Numbered from the stretch's first letter, positions 48,523-57,843 are shown. The stretch: 64,000 nucleotides of DNA from an uncultured bacterium (GCA_963759805.1 CAVXAT010000001.1:96001-160000), one strand, 5' to 3'. Notes: a model not told the origin generated them from the letters alone. Program-made: numbers and translations.

Positions 48523-49277
48523 AATACATCCTTATTTTCTTGCATTAATTCTAAAAATACCTCTTCCAAATTATTTTTCTTAAAATCAGATAAAAGTTTT
48601 TCAGGAGTATCAATTAATTTGATAAGGCCGCTGTGCAAAATACAAACGCGATCTGATAAAATTTCTGCCTCATCAAGATAATGCGTAGTCAAAATTACGG
48701 TAACGCCTTCCTGCTTGAGCTCTTCAATTTTTGCCCATATCTGACGTCGTATGTGTGGGTCAAGTCCAACCGTTGGTTCATCAAGAAGCACAATCTTTGG
48801 ACTGTGCATTAGACAGCGAGCGATCATAAAACGCTGTTTGTATCCACCGGAAAGTACGCTTGCCTTGCGATCAAGATAATCGCCAAGCTCAAACTGTTCG
48901 ACTAATTTGTTTAGTCGCATATCAATCTGGTCTTCTGGCATACGATGCAGGCGGCCTGCAAAACGCAAATTTTGTTCAAGCGTCAAAAATCCATCAAGAT
49001 TAGGCTTTTGAGGACAAAATCCAAGATGAGATCGATAATTGATCAAATTTTCATAAATTGATTTGTTATCAAAAATTATGTCACCCTCGGTTGGTGGATT
49101 CAGTGTTGCGATTATTGATGACAAAGTTGATTTGCCCGCACCGTTAACACCAAGTAGGGTGATTATCTCATCTTTAAAAATATCGAATGTAACTCCCTTG
49201 AGCGCCTCGATTGGTTTTTGTCCCTTTTGATGATACCGTTTTTTTATGTTTCTTATCTGTAAAAGCTTGTTAGACAT
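48519..49277 (-). CDS. ABC transporter ATP-binding protein (DrrA/NodI-like)
   Basis: GVNGAGKST, LSGGYKQR, LLDEPTVGLD, LTTHYLDEAE. Confidence 0.93.
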   Translation of the reverse strand: MSNKLLQIRNIKKRYHQKGQKPIEALKGVTFDIFKDEIITLLGVNGAGKSTLSSIIATLNPPTEGDIIFDNKSIYENLINYRSHLGFCPQKPNLDGFLTLEQNLRFAGRLHRMPEDQIDMRLNKLVEQFELGDYLDRKASVLSGGYKQRFMIARCLMHSPKIVLLDEPTVGLDPHIRRQIWAKIEELKQEGVTVILTTHYLDEAEILSDRVCILHSGLIKLIDTPEKLLSDFKKNNLEEVFLELMQENKDVL

Positions 49278-49425
49278 AGTAATCTTTCATTAAATTTTTA
49301 ATTTTTTTATAAAACGACACAGGCGAAAATAAATCTAAAATAGACGTGCAAAAATAAGCTGTGCCGATTTGAAAACATCAGGCCAACTAAAGAATTACCC
49401 CTGCATACGCAGGTGCACGATTAGG

Positions 49426-49451
49426 AGATCCTGAATCGAGTTCAGGATGAC
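49426..49451 (-). repeat. Uninterrupted (empty-site) REP-like hairpin
   Basis: AGATCCTGAATCGAGTTCAGGATGAC, same family as 36746/36835/37249/63349 copies. Confidence 0.85.
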
Positions 49452-49496
49452 AAAATTGGGAAGAAAAACGAACACCAAAGAATGCAAAGTAATTAT

Positions 49497-49544
49497 TTAC
49501 TTGGTTACCGTCGGGTGACAAATAATGATTGAAGCGATTTTCAT
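49497..49544 (-). promoter_or_regulatory. Putative leader peptide uORF (MKIASIIICHPTVTK) upstream of ABC/ABC-F operon
   Basis: GAGGGAG SD 7 nt before ATG; about 220-nt structured leader before ATG 49277. Confidence 0.45.
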
Positions 49545-49736
49545 TGTGGAACTCCCTCGAAAAATAGAGTAAAAGCTTTAAAATTATAACACTTTAAGTT
49601 AAACATAAATGTTGCAGACTGGCAATTTATTTTAAAAAAATGATATAAAATGGCGCAAAATAACTACTTTTTAATCGCTGGATATTGCTTAGGCCTTTTG
49701 TGGTCCTGTTTGCTTGGTTAGTTGTAATCTTTTAAG

Positions 49737-50909
49737 TTAATCAAGTAATTTGCCAGCCGAGTGCCAACCTACAATGCGTCCTTTTTCCGTATCCCAATTT
49801 TTATCCCCGCCGTAAACAAGCACGTTGTTTTGGGGCATTGTCTTTGTAAGCTTATTCCATGGTTGTATTTTCTCTAATGCTTCAACGTCTGCGGTTTTTG
49901 AAGCTTTGATTTCAATGGGGGTTATATTTCCACCCTGTTCAACAATACAATCAATTTCAAAATCTGATTTATCTCGCCAATAATAACAAGATGGCCTAAT
50001 TCCATGATTTAACTGCTGTTTTACAAAATCTGATACAATCATTGATTCAAATATGTTCCCGCGCATGTAGTTTGCGAAGAGTTGGTCAGAATTTGTGAGA
50101 CCAAGTAAAGAGCAGACAATGCCGGGATCATAGAAGAATATTTTTGGGGACTTGATAAGACGTTTTCTAAAATCCTTGTGATATGGCTCTAATAAAAAAA
50201 TTATATAACAGGCCTGCAGGACTGATAACCATTGTCTTACAGCCGTTACGCTAATTCCTAAATCATCACTTATTGATGATAAATTTAAAATTTGCCCATT
50301 GCGTCCAGCGCAAAGTCGCATGAAGTAACTAAACCTATCAAGATTTGTAACATTCTTTATCTGTCGTACATCTCTTTCAAGATAAGTGTTAATGTAGCTG
50401 CCATACCAGTCAACAATGGAAATTTCTTTTTTATAAAGTTCGGGATAAAATCCCTTAAAAAGAGTTTCATCTATTGATGATGGAATTGCATTTGCCTGAG
50501 TTAATTCATGAATTGATAGTGGTAGTAAATTTAAAATGGCCACTCGTCCGGCCAAGCTTTGGCTTATGGATTCATTTAAAAGAAAATTTTGAGAACCAGT
50601 AATTATAAAATGTCCTGGTTTATGGTATTCGTCGATATAAATTTGTAGATACGAAAAAAGTTCAGGAACATTTTGTGGCTCGTCTAAAATGATCCCGGGA
50701 GCTCCCATGAACTTTTTTAGGAAATTATGCGGATCGGCCTGAAAAATGGACCGAGTGTTTGGGTCTTCAAAGTTGAAATATTCGTAGTTGGGAAAAGTCT
50801 TTTTTACAAGTGTTGTTTTGCCAGATTGCCTTGGCCCGGTAACTGAAACAGCTGCAAACTGGACCGCCAAAGCCTTTAATTTGTCTTCTAACGTTCTTTT
50901 TATTATCAT
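49737..50909 (-). CDS. AAA_14 ATPase + DUF4143 protein
   Basis: GPRQSGKTT, ILDEPQ, ITGSQN, SLAGR, PKIFFYDPG, EID...IEIKA. Confidence 0.92.
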   Translation of the reverse strand: MIIKRTLEDKLKALAVQFAAVSVTGPRQSGKTTLVKKTFPNYEYFNFEDPNTRSIFQADPHNFLKKFMGAPGIILDEPQNVPELFSYLQIYIDEYHKPGHFIITGSQNFLLNESISQSLAGRVAILNLLPLSIHELTQANAIPSSIDETLFKGFYPELYKKEISIVDWYGSYINTYLERDVRQIKNVTNLDRFSYFMRLCAGRNGQILNLSSISDDLGISVTAVRQWLSVLQACYIIFLLEPYHKDFRKRLIKSPKIFFYDPGIVCSLLGLTNSDQLFANYMRGNIFESMIVSDFVKQQLNHGIRPSCYYWRDKSDFEIDCIVEQGGNITPIEIKASKTADVEALEKIQPWNKLTKTMPQNNVLVYGGDKNWDTEKGRIVGWHSAGKLLD

Positions 50910-50921
50910 TTTTCACCTCAA

Positions 50922-50952
50922 GACAAGTTTAAACTCTGAGTTTAAACTTGTC
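50922..50952. promoter_or_regulatory. Perfect 31-bp palindrome abutting the RBS of the AAA_14 gene
   Basis: GACAAGTTTAAACTC-T-GAGTTTAAACTTGTC. Confidence 0.6.
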
Positions 50953-50998
50953 CAGGAAGACGTAAAGACACGATAAATATGTTGGTTTCAAAGTGTTT

Positions 50999-51235
50999 TT
51001 AACAATTTTTGTCGAATTTAATGCTTCTCTTAATTTCTTTGCGAACAGATGTGCCAACCCAGATATCAACCTCTTTGCCATCCGATGCTTTTGTGCCTTT
51101 CAAGAGTCCGTAATCGACAGGATATATAAATGTTGAGTATTTTGGATGGGCAGAATTTTTAGGCCGCTCGATTACTATTTCTGATTTTTCTAGCAGTGTG
51201 TTTAACAGGTGCCAGAAGTCATTATTAGTTTGCAT
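50999..51235 (-). pseudogene. C-terminally truncated inorganic pyrophosphatase-like protein
   Basis: IVIERPKNSAHP...YPVDYG...DGKEVDIWVG; similarity to the family seems to end shortly after. Confidence 0.6.
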
Positions 51236-51238
51236 GGC

Positions 51239-51832
51239 TTATTTTCCGATATCTGTCATAAAATTTTTAAACTCTTCAATATTTTGGTAATGATGGCATG
51301 TCCATCCAAGTTTTGTAGCAGCTTGAATATGAGATAGTGAATCATCAATAAAGGCAATATCTTTCGCTTGCATATTAAGGTTTGATTCGATGTATTTGAA
51401 AAATTCAGGCTCTGGCTTTATAGCTCCAATCTGACATGAAGAAAAAAAGCCATCAAAGTAAGTGGCAAACTTTTCTTGAAGGAATGCGGTGCGATGACTA
51501 TCTTGATTGGTCCCAATATAAAGAGTTGGTCCTTTGATAGATTTAATTATCGGGATGATTTCTGTATTAATATCAAAATCATGGCTAAGCCAATACTCAA
51601 TAAATTCATCAATTGACAACGCTATGTTTAACTTTGTAAACACGTTTTTAAGGTGCTTCTGCATTCCAAGAAGCCCCTTCATAACCAACGTCCAATCGCC
51701 AGAATAAATTTTAGACATTTGTTCCTCAGTAAGCCCAAGGTCAACGTGAATATTTTTATGCCATAAATATTTACCATTTGCGTCTTTGCAATGGGTTAGG
51801 ACTCCGTCAAAGTCGAACACAACTGCTTTCAC
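51239..51832 (-). CDS. HAD-IA family hydrolase
   Basis: VFDFDGVL, TNQ, KPEPEFF, FIDD. Confidence 0.9.
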   Translation of the reverse strand: MKAVVFDFDGVLTHCKDANGKYLWHKNIHVDLGLTEEQMSKIYSGDWTLVMKGLLGMQKHLKNVFTKLNIALSIDEFIEYWLSHDFDINTEIIPIIKSIKGPTLYIGTNQDSHRTAFLQEKFATYFDGFFSSCQIGAIKPEPEFFKYIESNLNMQAKDIAFIDDSLSHIQAATKLGWTCHHYQNIEEFKNFMTDIGK

Positions 51833-52995
51833 GTTTTGTTCCCTTTAAATTGTCGCACAGCCTGTGCGACTTTTTTCAATTTTACTTTGTTTGACTTGGC
51901 CCCGGTCAAAATATCTTTTTTCTCAAGCTCAGCTTCAATTTCCTCTATTGATGGCAAACTGCTCCTCAAATTCTTTGGGAGACTTTTGGTAATTTTCGTT
52001 TCATATCCGGCTATGCCTATCGGCTTATTGATATCTCGCAAAGAGTATTCGGCAACAACATTGTTTTTCGTTTTGCACAAAAGTAATCCTATCGTTGGTT
52101 TGTCATCCGGTGCGCGCAATAGATCATCAACTGCAGACAGATAAAAATTCAGTTGGCCTGTGTATTCTGGTTTGAAGGCTGTACTTTTGAGTTCTACAAC
52201 CAGATAACATCGAAGTTGTAGATGGTAGAAAAGCAGATCAATGTAAAAATCGGTTTCACCGACTTCAATGTGTTTTTGGCGTCCAACAAAAGCAAAGCCT
52301 TGTCCGAGTTCAAGAAGAAATTGTTGAACGTGATCTATCAGCGCTTGTTCCAATTCATGTTCAACGTAATCATTACGTAGGGTAAGAAAATCGAAAAGAT
52401 ACGGATCTTTCAACGATTGCTTGGCCATGTCAGAGTGGGGAGCTGGCAATGTTTTTGAAAAATTTGTAACTGCCTTGCCCTGTCGTCGGTAAAGTGCTGA
52501 CTCAATTTGCATCTCAAGAATTGTGCGGCTCCATCCGTGCTCAACGGCTTTTTGAGCGTACCAAAGGCGTTCTTCGTTGTTCTTTAACTTTTGCATTATG
52601 ATGACATTGTGAAACCAAGGAATATTAAAAATTGGCATGTCTTCAATTTGTCGCGCAGCCTGCGCGACTTTTTCATAAGCCCCATAGAAAGCCTGCATTC
52701 TGAAAATATTAGCCCGCGAAAAACCTCCCAGTCCAGGGAATGAGTTTTGAAGATCCTTGGCCAGTTGGTCTATTACCCCTGAACCCCAGCCGTTGGTTTC
52801 TTGTTTTTCAACAATGGTCTTTCCAAATTGCCAGTAAAGTTTGATCAATTCCTTGTTTGCAGACAACGTTGCCTTGATTTGTGCTTGCTGAACCTGTTCT
52901 TTTAGATATAACAATGTTTGAGCATACTCTTTGGTTGAAATATTGGTAGAAGAGTGTTTTGCTGAATGCTTTTTAGTTATTTTTTTCTTAATCAT
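51829..52995 (-). CDS. yhcG: YhcG/DUF1016 family PD-(D/E)XK nuclease
   Basis: LYWQFGK, GWGSGVIDQLAKDL, KDPYLFDFL, FLLELGQGFAFVGRQ, IDLLFYH...VVELK, GQLNFY. Confidence 0.93.
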   Translation of the reverse strand: MIKKKITKKHSAKHSSTNISTKEYAQTLLYLKEQVQQAQIKATLSANKELIKLYWQFGKTIVEKQETNGWGSGVIDQLAKDLQNSFPGLGGFSRANIFRMQAFYGAYEKVAQAARQIEDMPIFNIPWFHNVIIMQKLKNNEERLWYAQKAVEHGWSRTILEMQIESALYRRQGKAVTNFSKTLPAPHSDMAKQSLKDPYLFDFLTLRNDYVEHELEQALIDHVQQFLLELGQGFAFVGRQKHIEVGETDFYIDLLFYHLQLRCYLVVELKSTAFKPEYTGQLNFYLSAVDDLLRAPDDKPTIGLLLCKTKNNVVAEYSLRDINKPIGIAGYETKITKSLPKNLRSSLPSIEEIEAELEKKDILTGAKSNKVKLKKVAQAVRQFKGNKT

Positions 52996-53084
52996 ATTTG
53001 AACCTCTTGTCGCGCAGCTTGCGCGACTTTTTCATAAGCTAGATAAAATGCTCTTTACTTAAATTGTCCAGCAGCCTGCTGGAC
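51852..53084. repeat. Four dispersed 19-bp palindromes GTCnnnCAGC(C/T)TGnnnGAC in and upstream of yhcG
   Basis: 51852-51870, 52650-52668, 53009-53027, 53066-53084. Confidence 0.85.
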
Positions 53085-53087
53085 AAT

Positions 53088-53960
53088 TTAATAAGCCCTC
53101 AATACTTCTAAAAATTTAACACAATATGCAGTGTCATGGCCATCTTCAATTGCCCAGCATGCGCTCAAAACCGCTTGAACATAAGTCCAGTCATAAATTC
53201 GTTTTTTATCAAAGTTCAAAAGATCTGCAAATAAATTGATTCGACTTTGAATGATACTTTTTGCATCATTATTTTCTAACAATTCTGGGATTGGATTGCG
53301 AATTGACGCTCCAACCTCATAAACCGGATCGCCGATAACTCCCTTGGGATCAATTGCGATCCATTCAGTTTGTCCGCACAAAAGAATATTATCGTGATGT
53401 AAATCGCCATGCAATAAAATTTGTTTTGTAGTTGTTGCGAGTAACTGCTTGCTTAAATTACGAGCTTTTTCGATGTATTTTTGTGGTAGATCCCAATTTT
53501 TTTCAAGAGTTTTTAACCAGCCTGAAATATTTTGAAAATTTGTGGGATTAGGCAGCGGTGCGCATTGAAGATTTGTGATTACCTGACTTATTATCTTAAC
53601 TGCTTGTGCATCTTGATTTGGAAATAAAGTTTTTAAAGATGTTCCAGGCATAACGTTTTGCAATAACATTGCTCCAAGTTCAATATCATGGGCAAGTAAT
53701 TTTACGCATCCATGCCCTGCAAAAGCTTGCAAGGCCTTTACCTCCGATTGCATCTCTTTTTTACAAAAACAAATTTTTAATATGACAGATTTTTGGTTTT
53801 GAATGCAACTTAAGACATGATTGTATGCTAGGTTTGGTAAAACTTGCAGATTGGACAATTGCCAGTGGTCGGCAATCTGATTTACAAAATTAGGCAGATT
53901 TTTTAACCATTCTTGCCATTGTTGGACATCCATGCCACTTATATTTTCCCCAAACTTCAT
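53088..53960 (-). CDS. APH(6)/hydroxyurea-resistance-family phosphotransferase
   Basis: LLHGDLHHDNIL, WIAIDPKGVIGD. Confidence 0.88.
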   Translation of the reverse strand: MKFGENISGMDVQQWQEWLKNLPNFVNQIADHWQLSNLQVLPNLAYNHVLSCIQNQKSVILKICFCKKEMQSEVKALQAFAGHGCVKLLAHDIELGAMLLQNVMPGTSLKTLFPNQDAQAVKIISQVITNLQCAPLPNPTNFQNISGWLKTLEKNWDLPQKYIEKARNLSKQLLATTTKQILLHGDLHHDNILLCGQTEWIAIDPKGVIGDPVYEVGASIRNPIPELLENNDAKSIIQSRINLFADLLNFDKKRIYDWTYVQAVLSACWAIEDGHDTAYCVKFLEVLRAY

Positions 53961-53980
53961 AATAAGAGAGTACCTCTGTT

Positions 53981-54703
53981 TTAGTCGATAATTGCGATTA
54001 CTCGTGCCAAAGCTGAATCTGTTTCAGTTTTGATCGGTAACGCAACGACTGTAAAATTTTTTATTCCCAACAGACTTTCAAGATTTGTTAAATTTTCAAT
54101 AATCAAAATACTGTTTTCAAAAAATATCTTGTGTATTTCAAATGGATATTTATCTGGCGAGAAAAAGTCTATTCCAATCATTTTAATTTTATGTTTTACA
54201 AGTTCTTTGGCGAAATTTGCAGAAATTACTGGATGATTATTAAAATAGTCCTCGCCAGAACCTTTTGTGCCAAATTTTTTGTCAAAGCCTGTTAAGATCA
54301 GAACAATCAAGTTGTCTTGCGCGGGCAAATCTTTTAGCAGAAATTCATCGATTGTTTTGTTACGCGCATCAATCAAATATCCCTTGCCAACAAATCTATC
54401 AACAGGAATATCACAAAGTAAAGTTTTTGATTCAGTCAGATGTCCTGGGCCGTCGATGTGGGTGCCAACGTGCATCCCTGAGGATAGCTTCCAATCGTTA
54501 TATTTGTTATCAGCTAAATTACGTATTTTTTCGATCGATGCCGGTTCATCAAAATGGTGCACCGGCATTAAATTTGTAAATTTGTGGGTTATATCAATAA
54601 TTTTGGGCATAGAAGCTTTTCTTCTCTTCAAGATTCCAAAAACCAGATAGCCTGCTACAAAAACAAGTAACAATTTTGTGATAAAAATTAAAAAGTTTTT
54701 CAT
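53981..54703 (-). CDS. Cyclase family metal-dependent hydrolase (kynurenine formamidase-like)
   Basis: HVGTHIDGPGH, IGIDFFSPD, IIENLTNL. Confidence 0.9.
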   Translation of the reverse strand: MKNFLIFITKLLLVFVAGYLVFGILKRRKASMPKIIDITHKFTNLMPVHHFDEPASIEKIRNLADNKYNDWKLSSGMHVGTHIDGPGHLTESKTLLCDIPVDRFVGKGYLIDARNKTIDEFLLKDLPAQDNLIVLILTGFDKKFGTKGSGEDYFNNHPVISANFAKELVKHKIKMIGIDFFSPDKYPFEIHKIFFENSILIIENLTNLESLLGIKNFTVVALPIKTETDSALARVIAIID

Positions 54704-54719
54704 TTGGATTTCCTTAGAC

Positions 54720-55145
54720 TTAAATCAAATAATCAATAGAAAGTTCGGGGAAAAGTTTTTTAATCGAAGCAAGAGTTTCCAGCCTAGGGTTACATTTTCG
54801 TGTTTCCAGGCGTTGGTAGCTATAAATATTGGGGAAGCCAAGCTTTTTTGCGGCTTCTTGCTGGGTCATTCCCTGCTTGATACGATAAAAACGAACTAAA
54901 AAAGCAAAAGCGACCTGCGGATCTAAAGACACTTCTATAATATTTTTCCCTGTTTTTATAGAATTATTCGGTAAGCAAGCCAGATCTTCAGAGTTCTCGT
55001 CCTCTTCGATATACAAGCTTAGTGCTTCTTGCATATTAGTTTTTAATTCTTTCAGATTAGTGGCTTGAGTGAAGCATCCTTCTAATTCAATACCTTGGGC
55101 CCAATACCATTTTCCCTCTTTGTGTATTTTGAAATGATAATTCAT
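54720..55145 (-). CDS. hicB: HicB antitoxin with C-terminal HTH
   Basis: LEGCFTQA...MQEAL; MTQQEAAKKLG...YQRLE. Confidence 0.88.
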   Translation of the reverse strand: MNYHFKIHKEGKWYWAQGIELEGCFTQATNLKELKTNMQEALSLYIEEDENSEDLACLPNNSIKTGKNIIEVSLDPQVAFAFLVRFYRIKQGMTQQEAAKKLGFPNIYSYQRLETRKCNPRLETLASIKKLFPELSIDYLI

Positions 55146-55148
55146 AAT

Positions 55149-55337
55149 TTACCTCACCTTTTCTAAAATTTTTCTCAAAGCGTGTTCTGTTCCAGTTTTT
55201 AGTTCTTTATGGTTTGGGATGATTATCGTGGGGTTGTTTTTCTTCTTCAGTTTCAAGTGACTACCTTTGCCGCCAGAAACTAACTCGTAACCTTTTCCCA
55301 AAAAGAGCTTCATCATGGCTATCCCGCTCAAGGGCAT
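55149..55337 (-). CDS. hicA: HicA toxin
   Basis: GKGSHLKL...IIPNHKELKTGT. Confidence 0.9.
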   Translation of the reverse strand: MPLSGIAMMKLFLGKGYELVSGGKGSHLKLKKKNNPTIIIPNHKELKTGTEHALRKILEKVR

Positions 55338-55372
55338 TGCATACTCCTTATTTTGGTTTTATAAAGTAATCC

Positions 55373-55390
55373 TACCAATAATAGTTGGTA
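55373..55390. promoter_or_regulatory. Palindromic operator upstream of hicAB
   Basis: TACCAA-N6-TTGGTA about 35 nt upstream of hicA start. Confidence 0.45.
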
Positions 55391-55523
55391 AAATCAATAG
55401 ATAACTTGGTAATTAAATTGATTTTGTGCTGAATTTAACAACATTTTATTAATTTGGTAGAATAAGCTTGTTCAAAAGCTTTTTTGAAGGTTATCAACAA
55501 ACCTTTAATAGAAGGGGGATTTA

Positions 55524-55988
55524 ATGGCTAAAGAACGGTTTAAATTAGGCGCATTTGTATGTTTAATTTTGCGCAAAAACGAAAAAATTTTGCTTATAAG
55601 ACGATCTAATACCGGAAGTGGAGATGGATTTTATGCTTGCGCTGGTGGCGGTGTCGACGGTGACGAGCCGATTACGCAAGCCATGATTCGCGAAGCCGAT
55701 GAGGAACTTGGGATAACATTAAAAGAAGAAAACTTGAGAGTAGTGCACGTTATTCATGCCAAAGGACGCCAAGACTCTAGGGGCTCACTATACTCAACCG
55801 AGTGCGTTGGCTTTTTTCTGGAAGCGACTGAATGGGAGGGGGAGCCGAGAAATATGGAACCGCACAAGCATGATGATGTTGCTTGGTTTTCATTAAATGA
55901 TTTACCTAAAAATACATATCCCAGACTCAGACATGTCCTTGAAATGCTGAATAAAAATGTTTTTTATAGTGAGTATGGTTGGGAGTAA
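55524..55988 (+). CDS. NUDIX hydrolase
   Basis: GGGVDGDEPITQAMIREADEELG; EPHKH. Confidence 0.9.
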   Translation: MAKERFKLGAFVCLILRKNEKILLIRRSNTGSGDGFYACAGGGVDGDEPITQAMIREADEELGITLKEENLRVVHVIHAKGRQDSRGSLYSTECVGFFLEATEWEGEPRNMEPHKHDDVAWFSLNDLPKNTYPRLRHVLEMLNKNVFYSEYGWE

Positions 55989-56012
55989 TTTCTATGAATA
56001 AGTATACTGCTG

Positions 56013-56052
56013 TTGATTTTTTAGCCTGCGTTTGATATCATATTGATATCAA
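56013..56052 (+). promoter_or_regulatory. Promoter plus palindromic operator of second hicAB
   Basis: -35 TTGATT, 17 bp spacer, TGn-TATCAT; operator TTGATATCA-TAT-TGATATCAA 56032-56052. Confidence 0.6.
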
Positions 56053-56079
56053 TATTAAAAGCTTTTGCAAGGAATGTTT

Positions 56080-56318
56080 GTGACAAGGCAGAAAAGCTGA
56101 TTCAAAAAATTTTTGTACGGCAACAGGTATCATATAAAGATGCTGAAAAAATGTTATTCGAATTAGGTTATGAGCTTAAAGTTAGTGGTTCGCATCATGT
56201 GTTCAGAAAAGCTGGTTATAAACACGTAACGCTCAAGCGAAGGACGCAGTTGTTGCCATATCAAATAACCGATTTGCAGGAGGTATTAAGGGATCATGGA
56301 ATTGAAGAAGAAGTATAA
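56080..56318 (+). pseudogene. hicA: HicA toxin with apparently out-of-frame start
   Basis: SGSHHVFRK motif; SD-linked GTG at 56080 is out of frame with the HicA body; track start TTG 56043 lies inside the operator. Confidence 0.55.
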
Positions 56319-56691
56319 AGATTTAAATTATTATTTAAGTTTGCCATGGACTTATACTGTTGAACAGGTAAGAGATGGAGACAAAAATAAAATATATGTT
56401 GTTCGTGTTAACGAGCTACCTGGAATTTGTACGGATGCTAAATCGCTTGATGAAGCAATGAAATTAATCAAGGAGCCAATGAAAGCAGCATTCGAATTTT
56501 ATATGGAAAATGGCGAGGATATTCCCGAACCGGTTAATGAAGAAGATTACAAGGGAAATATTGCTTATCGAACAACAAGCAGAAGACATTATTTAATAAG
56601 CAAAGAGGCGCAAAAAAGAGAGCAATCCCTCAGCCAGGTTATCGATAATTTGGTTGATACTGTGCTTGTGCATAAACACAAAGGTTCATAA
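56296..56691 (+). CDS. hicB: HicB antitoxin (RHH-type C-terminus)
   Basis: YYLSLPW, ELPGICTDA, IPEP...YKGNIAYR...SLSQ. Confidence 0.88.
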   Translation: MELKKKYKDLNYYLSLPWTYTVEQVRDGDKNKIYVVRVNELPGICTDAKSLDEAMKLIKEPMKAAFEFYMENGEDIPEPVNEEDYKGNIAYRTTSRRHYLISKEAQKREQSLSQVIDNLVDTVLVHKHKGS

Positions 56692-56705
56692 AGTTTTTTA
56701 CAGCG

Positions 56706-56735
56706 AATATGGCTGGAACTAATCCCAGCCATATT
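56706..56735. terminator. Bidirectional terminator-like hairpin between convergent genes
   Basis: AATATGGCTGG-N8-CCAGCCATATT. Confidence 0.7.
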
Positions 56736-56778
56736 ATTATAACTGACTAAATATTAAATGGGTTCTTAAAATAATTTC

Positions 56779-57843
56779 TTAAGCCGACTGGGACTGTTTT
56801 TTACTTTCTTCATATCCCGGATAAAACCGTGCGCTAGAAGTGCCTTCCAATGCTTTGATTGCTATTGATTGTACTTGACTTGTTGCATCATCAGCTTTTT
56901 GCGTTAATTGCTTGATGAAGGATTCTTGTTCTTTAATCTTTGCTTGAAGTGTAGCAATCATTTGCTGATTTAGTTTTCGTTCGCCATCGATCTCTTTTGA
57001 GCTTAAATCAATTTGATGTTTGTAATGGCTCTCAAGATTTGCTGTTACAGTTTTTGCTGTTTCTTTGATGCTCTTTTCAAGTTCAGTAGGGAATTGAGCA
57101 ACTTGATTTTTCAACGATTTGAGCTCGTCTTCCTGAGTTTTAATAAATGATTCACGCTGGGTCAGATCTCTTAGAACCGTCTCGCGCTTTTCTTCAAGCT
57201 CTTTTTCCATCATTATTTTGCGAGCATCATAGTTATCTTGATCTTTTTTTCGCTCGAGTTGAAGATTGTAGTTATACTCCTCTTCATCGCGCGTGCGATC
57301 TTTCTTAACTTTTATGTCGAGTTCCTTTTTGCTCAGAATGTAGTTTTGCTGCTCTTTTTCCCATGAATCACGCAATTCAGCCATATCATTGTCAAATGCA
57401 GCTTTTGTTGAATGCATCTCATCTTCAAATTTTTGCTTGCATTCCCTTTGGGCCATAAGTAATGCTGAAAGGCTGTCAGCGTTTGCTTTAATACCGTGCA
57501 TCTCCTCCAAGTTGCGAGACTCAATTTTTATGGCATCCTGCATATCACTTAATTTACGATACTCTTCGGTTAGGTTGCTTTCCAGCGTATCAACTGCTTG
57601 GCCGATATCCACTTTGACTTGTGCCAAATTTTTAATGATTTTATCTAGGGTCATTTTCGACGCTGTCTCCACAACCTCCACCTCTTGCTTGCGTTTTATT
57701 TCGGTTTGATGGCTTTCTTGCTTTGTGCCTCTGACTTTGTTCAAAAGATTCTGATACGCTTCAAAAATCTCATTTTTTGTGCTTTTAGGCGAGACTTCAT
57801 TAATGGAAGGCTGAGCCTCCGGTATGAAACTTTCTTGTGTCAT
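56779..57843 (-). CDS. Conserved-looking long coiled-coil protein
   Basis: STKNEIFEAY N-terminus, RDEEEYNY, heptad-rich, IAIKALEG C-terminus. Confidence 0.75.
   Translation of the reverse strand: MTQESFIPEAQPSINEVSPKSTKNEIFEAYQNLLNKVRGTKQESHQTEIKRKQEVEVVETASKMTLDKIIKNLAQVKVDIGQAVDTLESNLTEEYRKLSDMQDAIKIESRNLEEMHGIKANADSLSALLMAQRECKQKFEDEMHSTKAAFDNDMAELRDSWEKEQQNYILSKKELDIKVKKDRTRDEEEYNYNLQLERKKDQDNYDARKIMMEKELEEKRETVLRDLTQRESFIKTQEDELKSLKNQVAQFPTELEKSIKETAKTVTANLESHYKHQIDLSSKEIDGERKLNQQMIATLQAKIKEQESFIKQLTQKADDATSQVQSIAIKALEGTSSARFYPGYEESKKQSQSA

Noticed and set aside
51852..53084. Palindromic repeats as a CRISPR array or DGR template/variable pair
   Set aside because: Spacing is irregular, there are no cas or reverse transcriptase genes, and the 33-bp pair differs at only one site.
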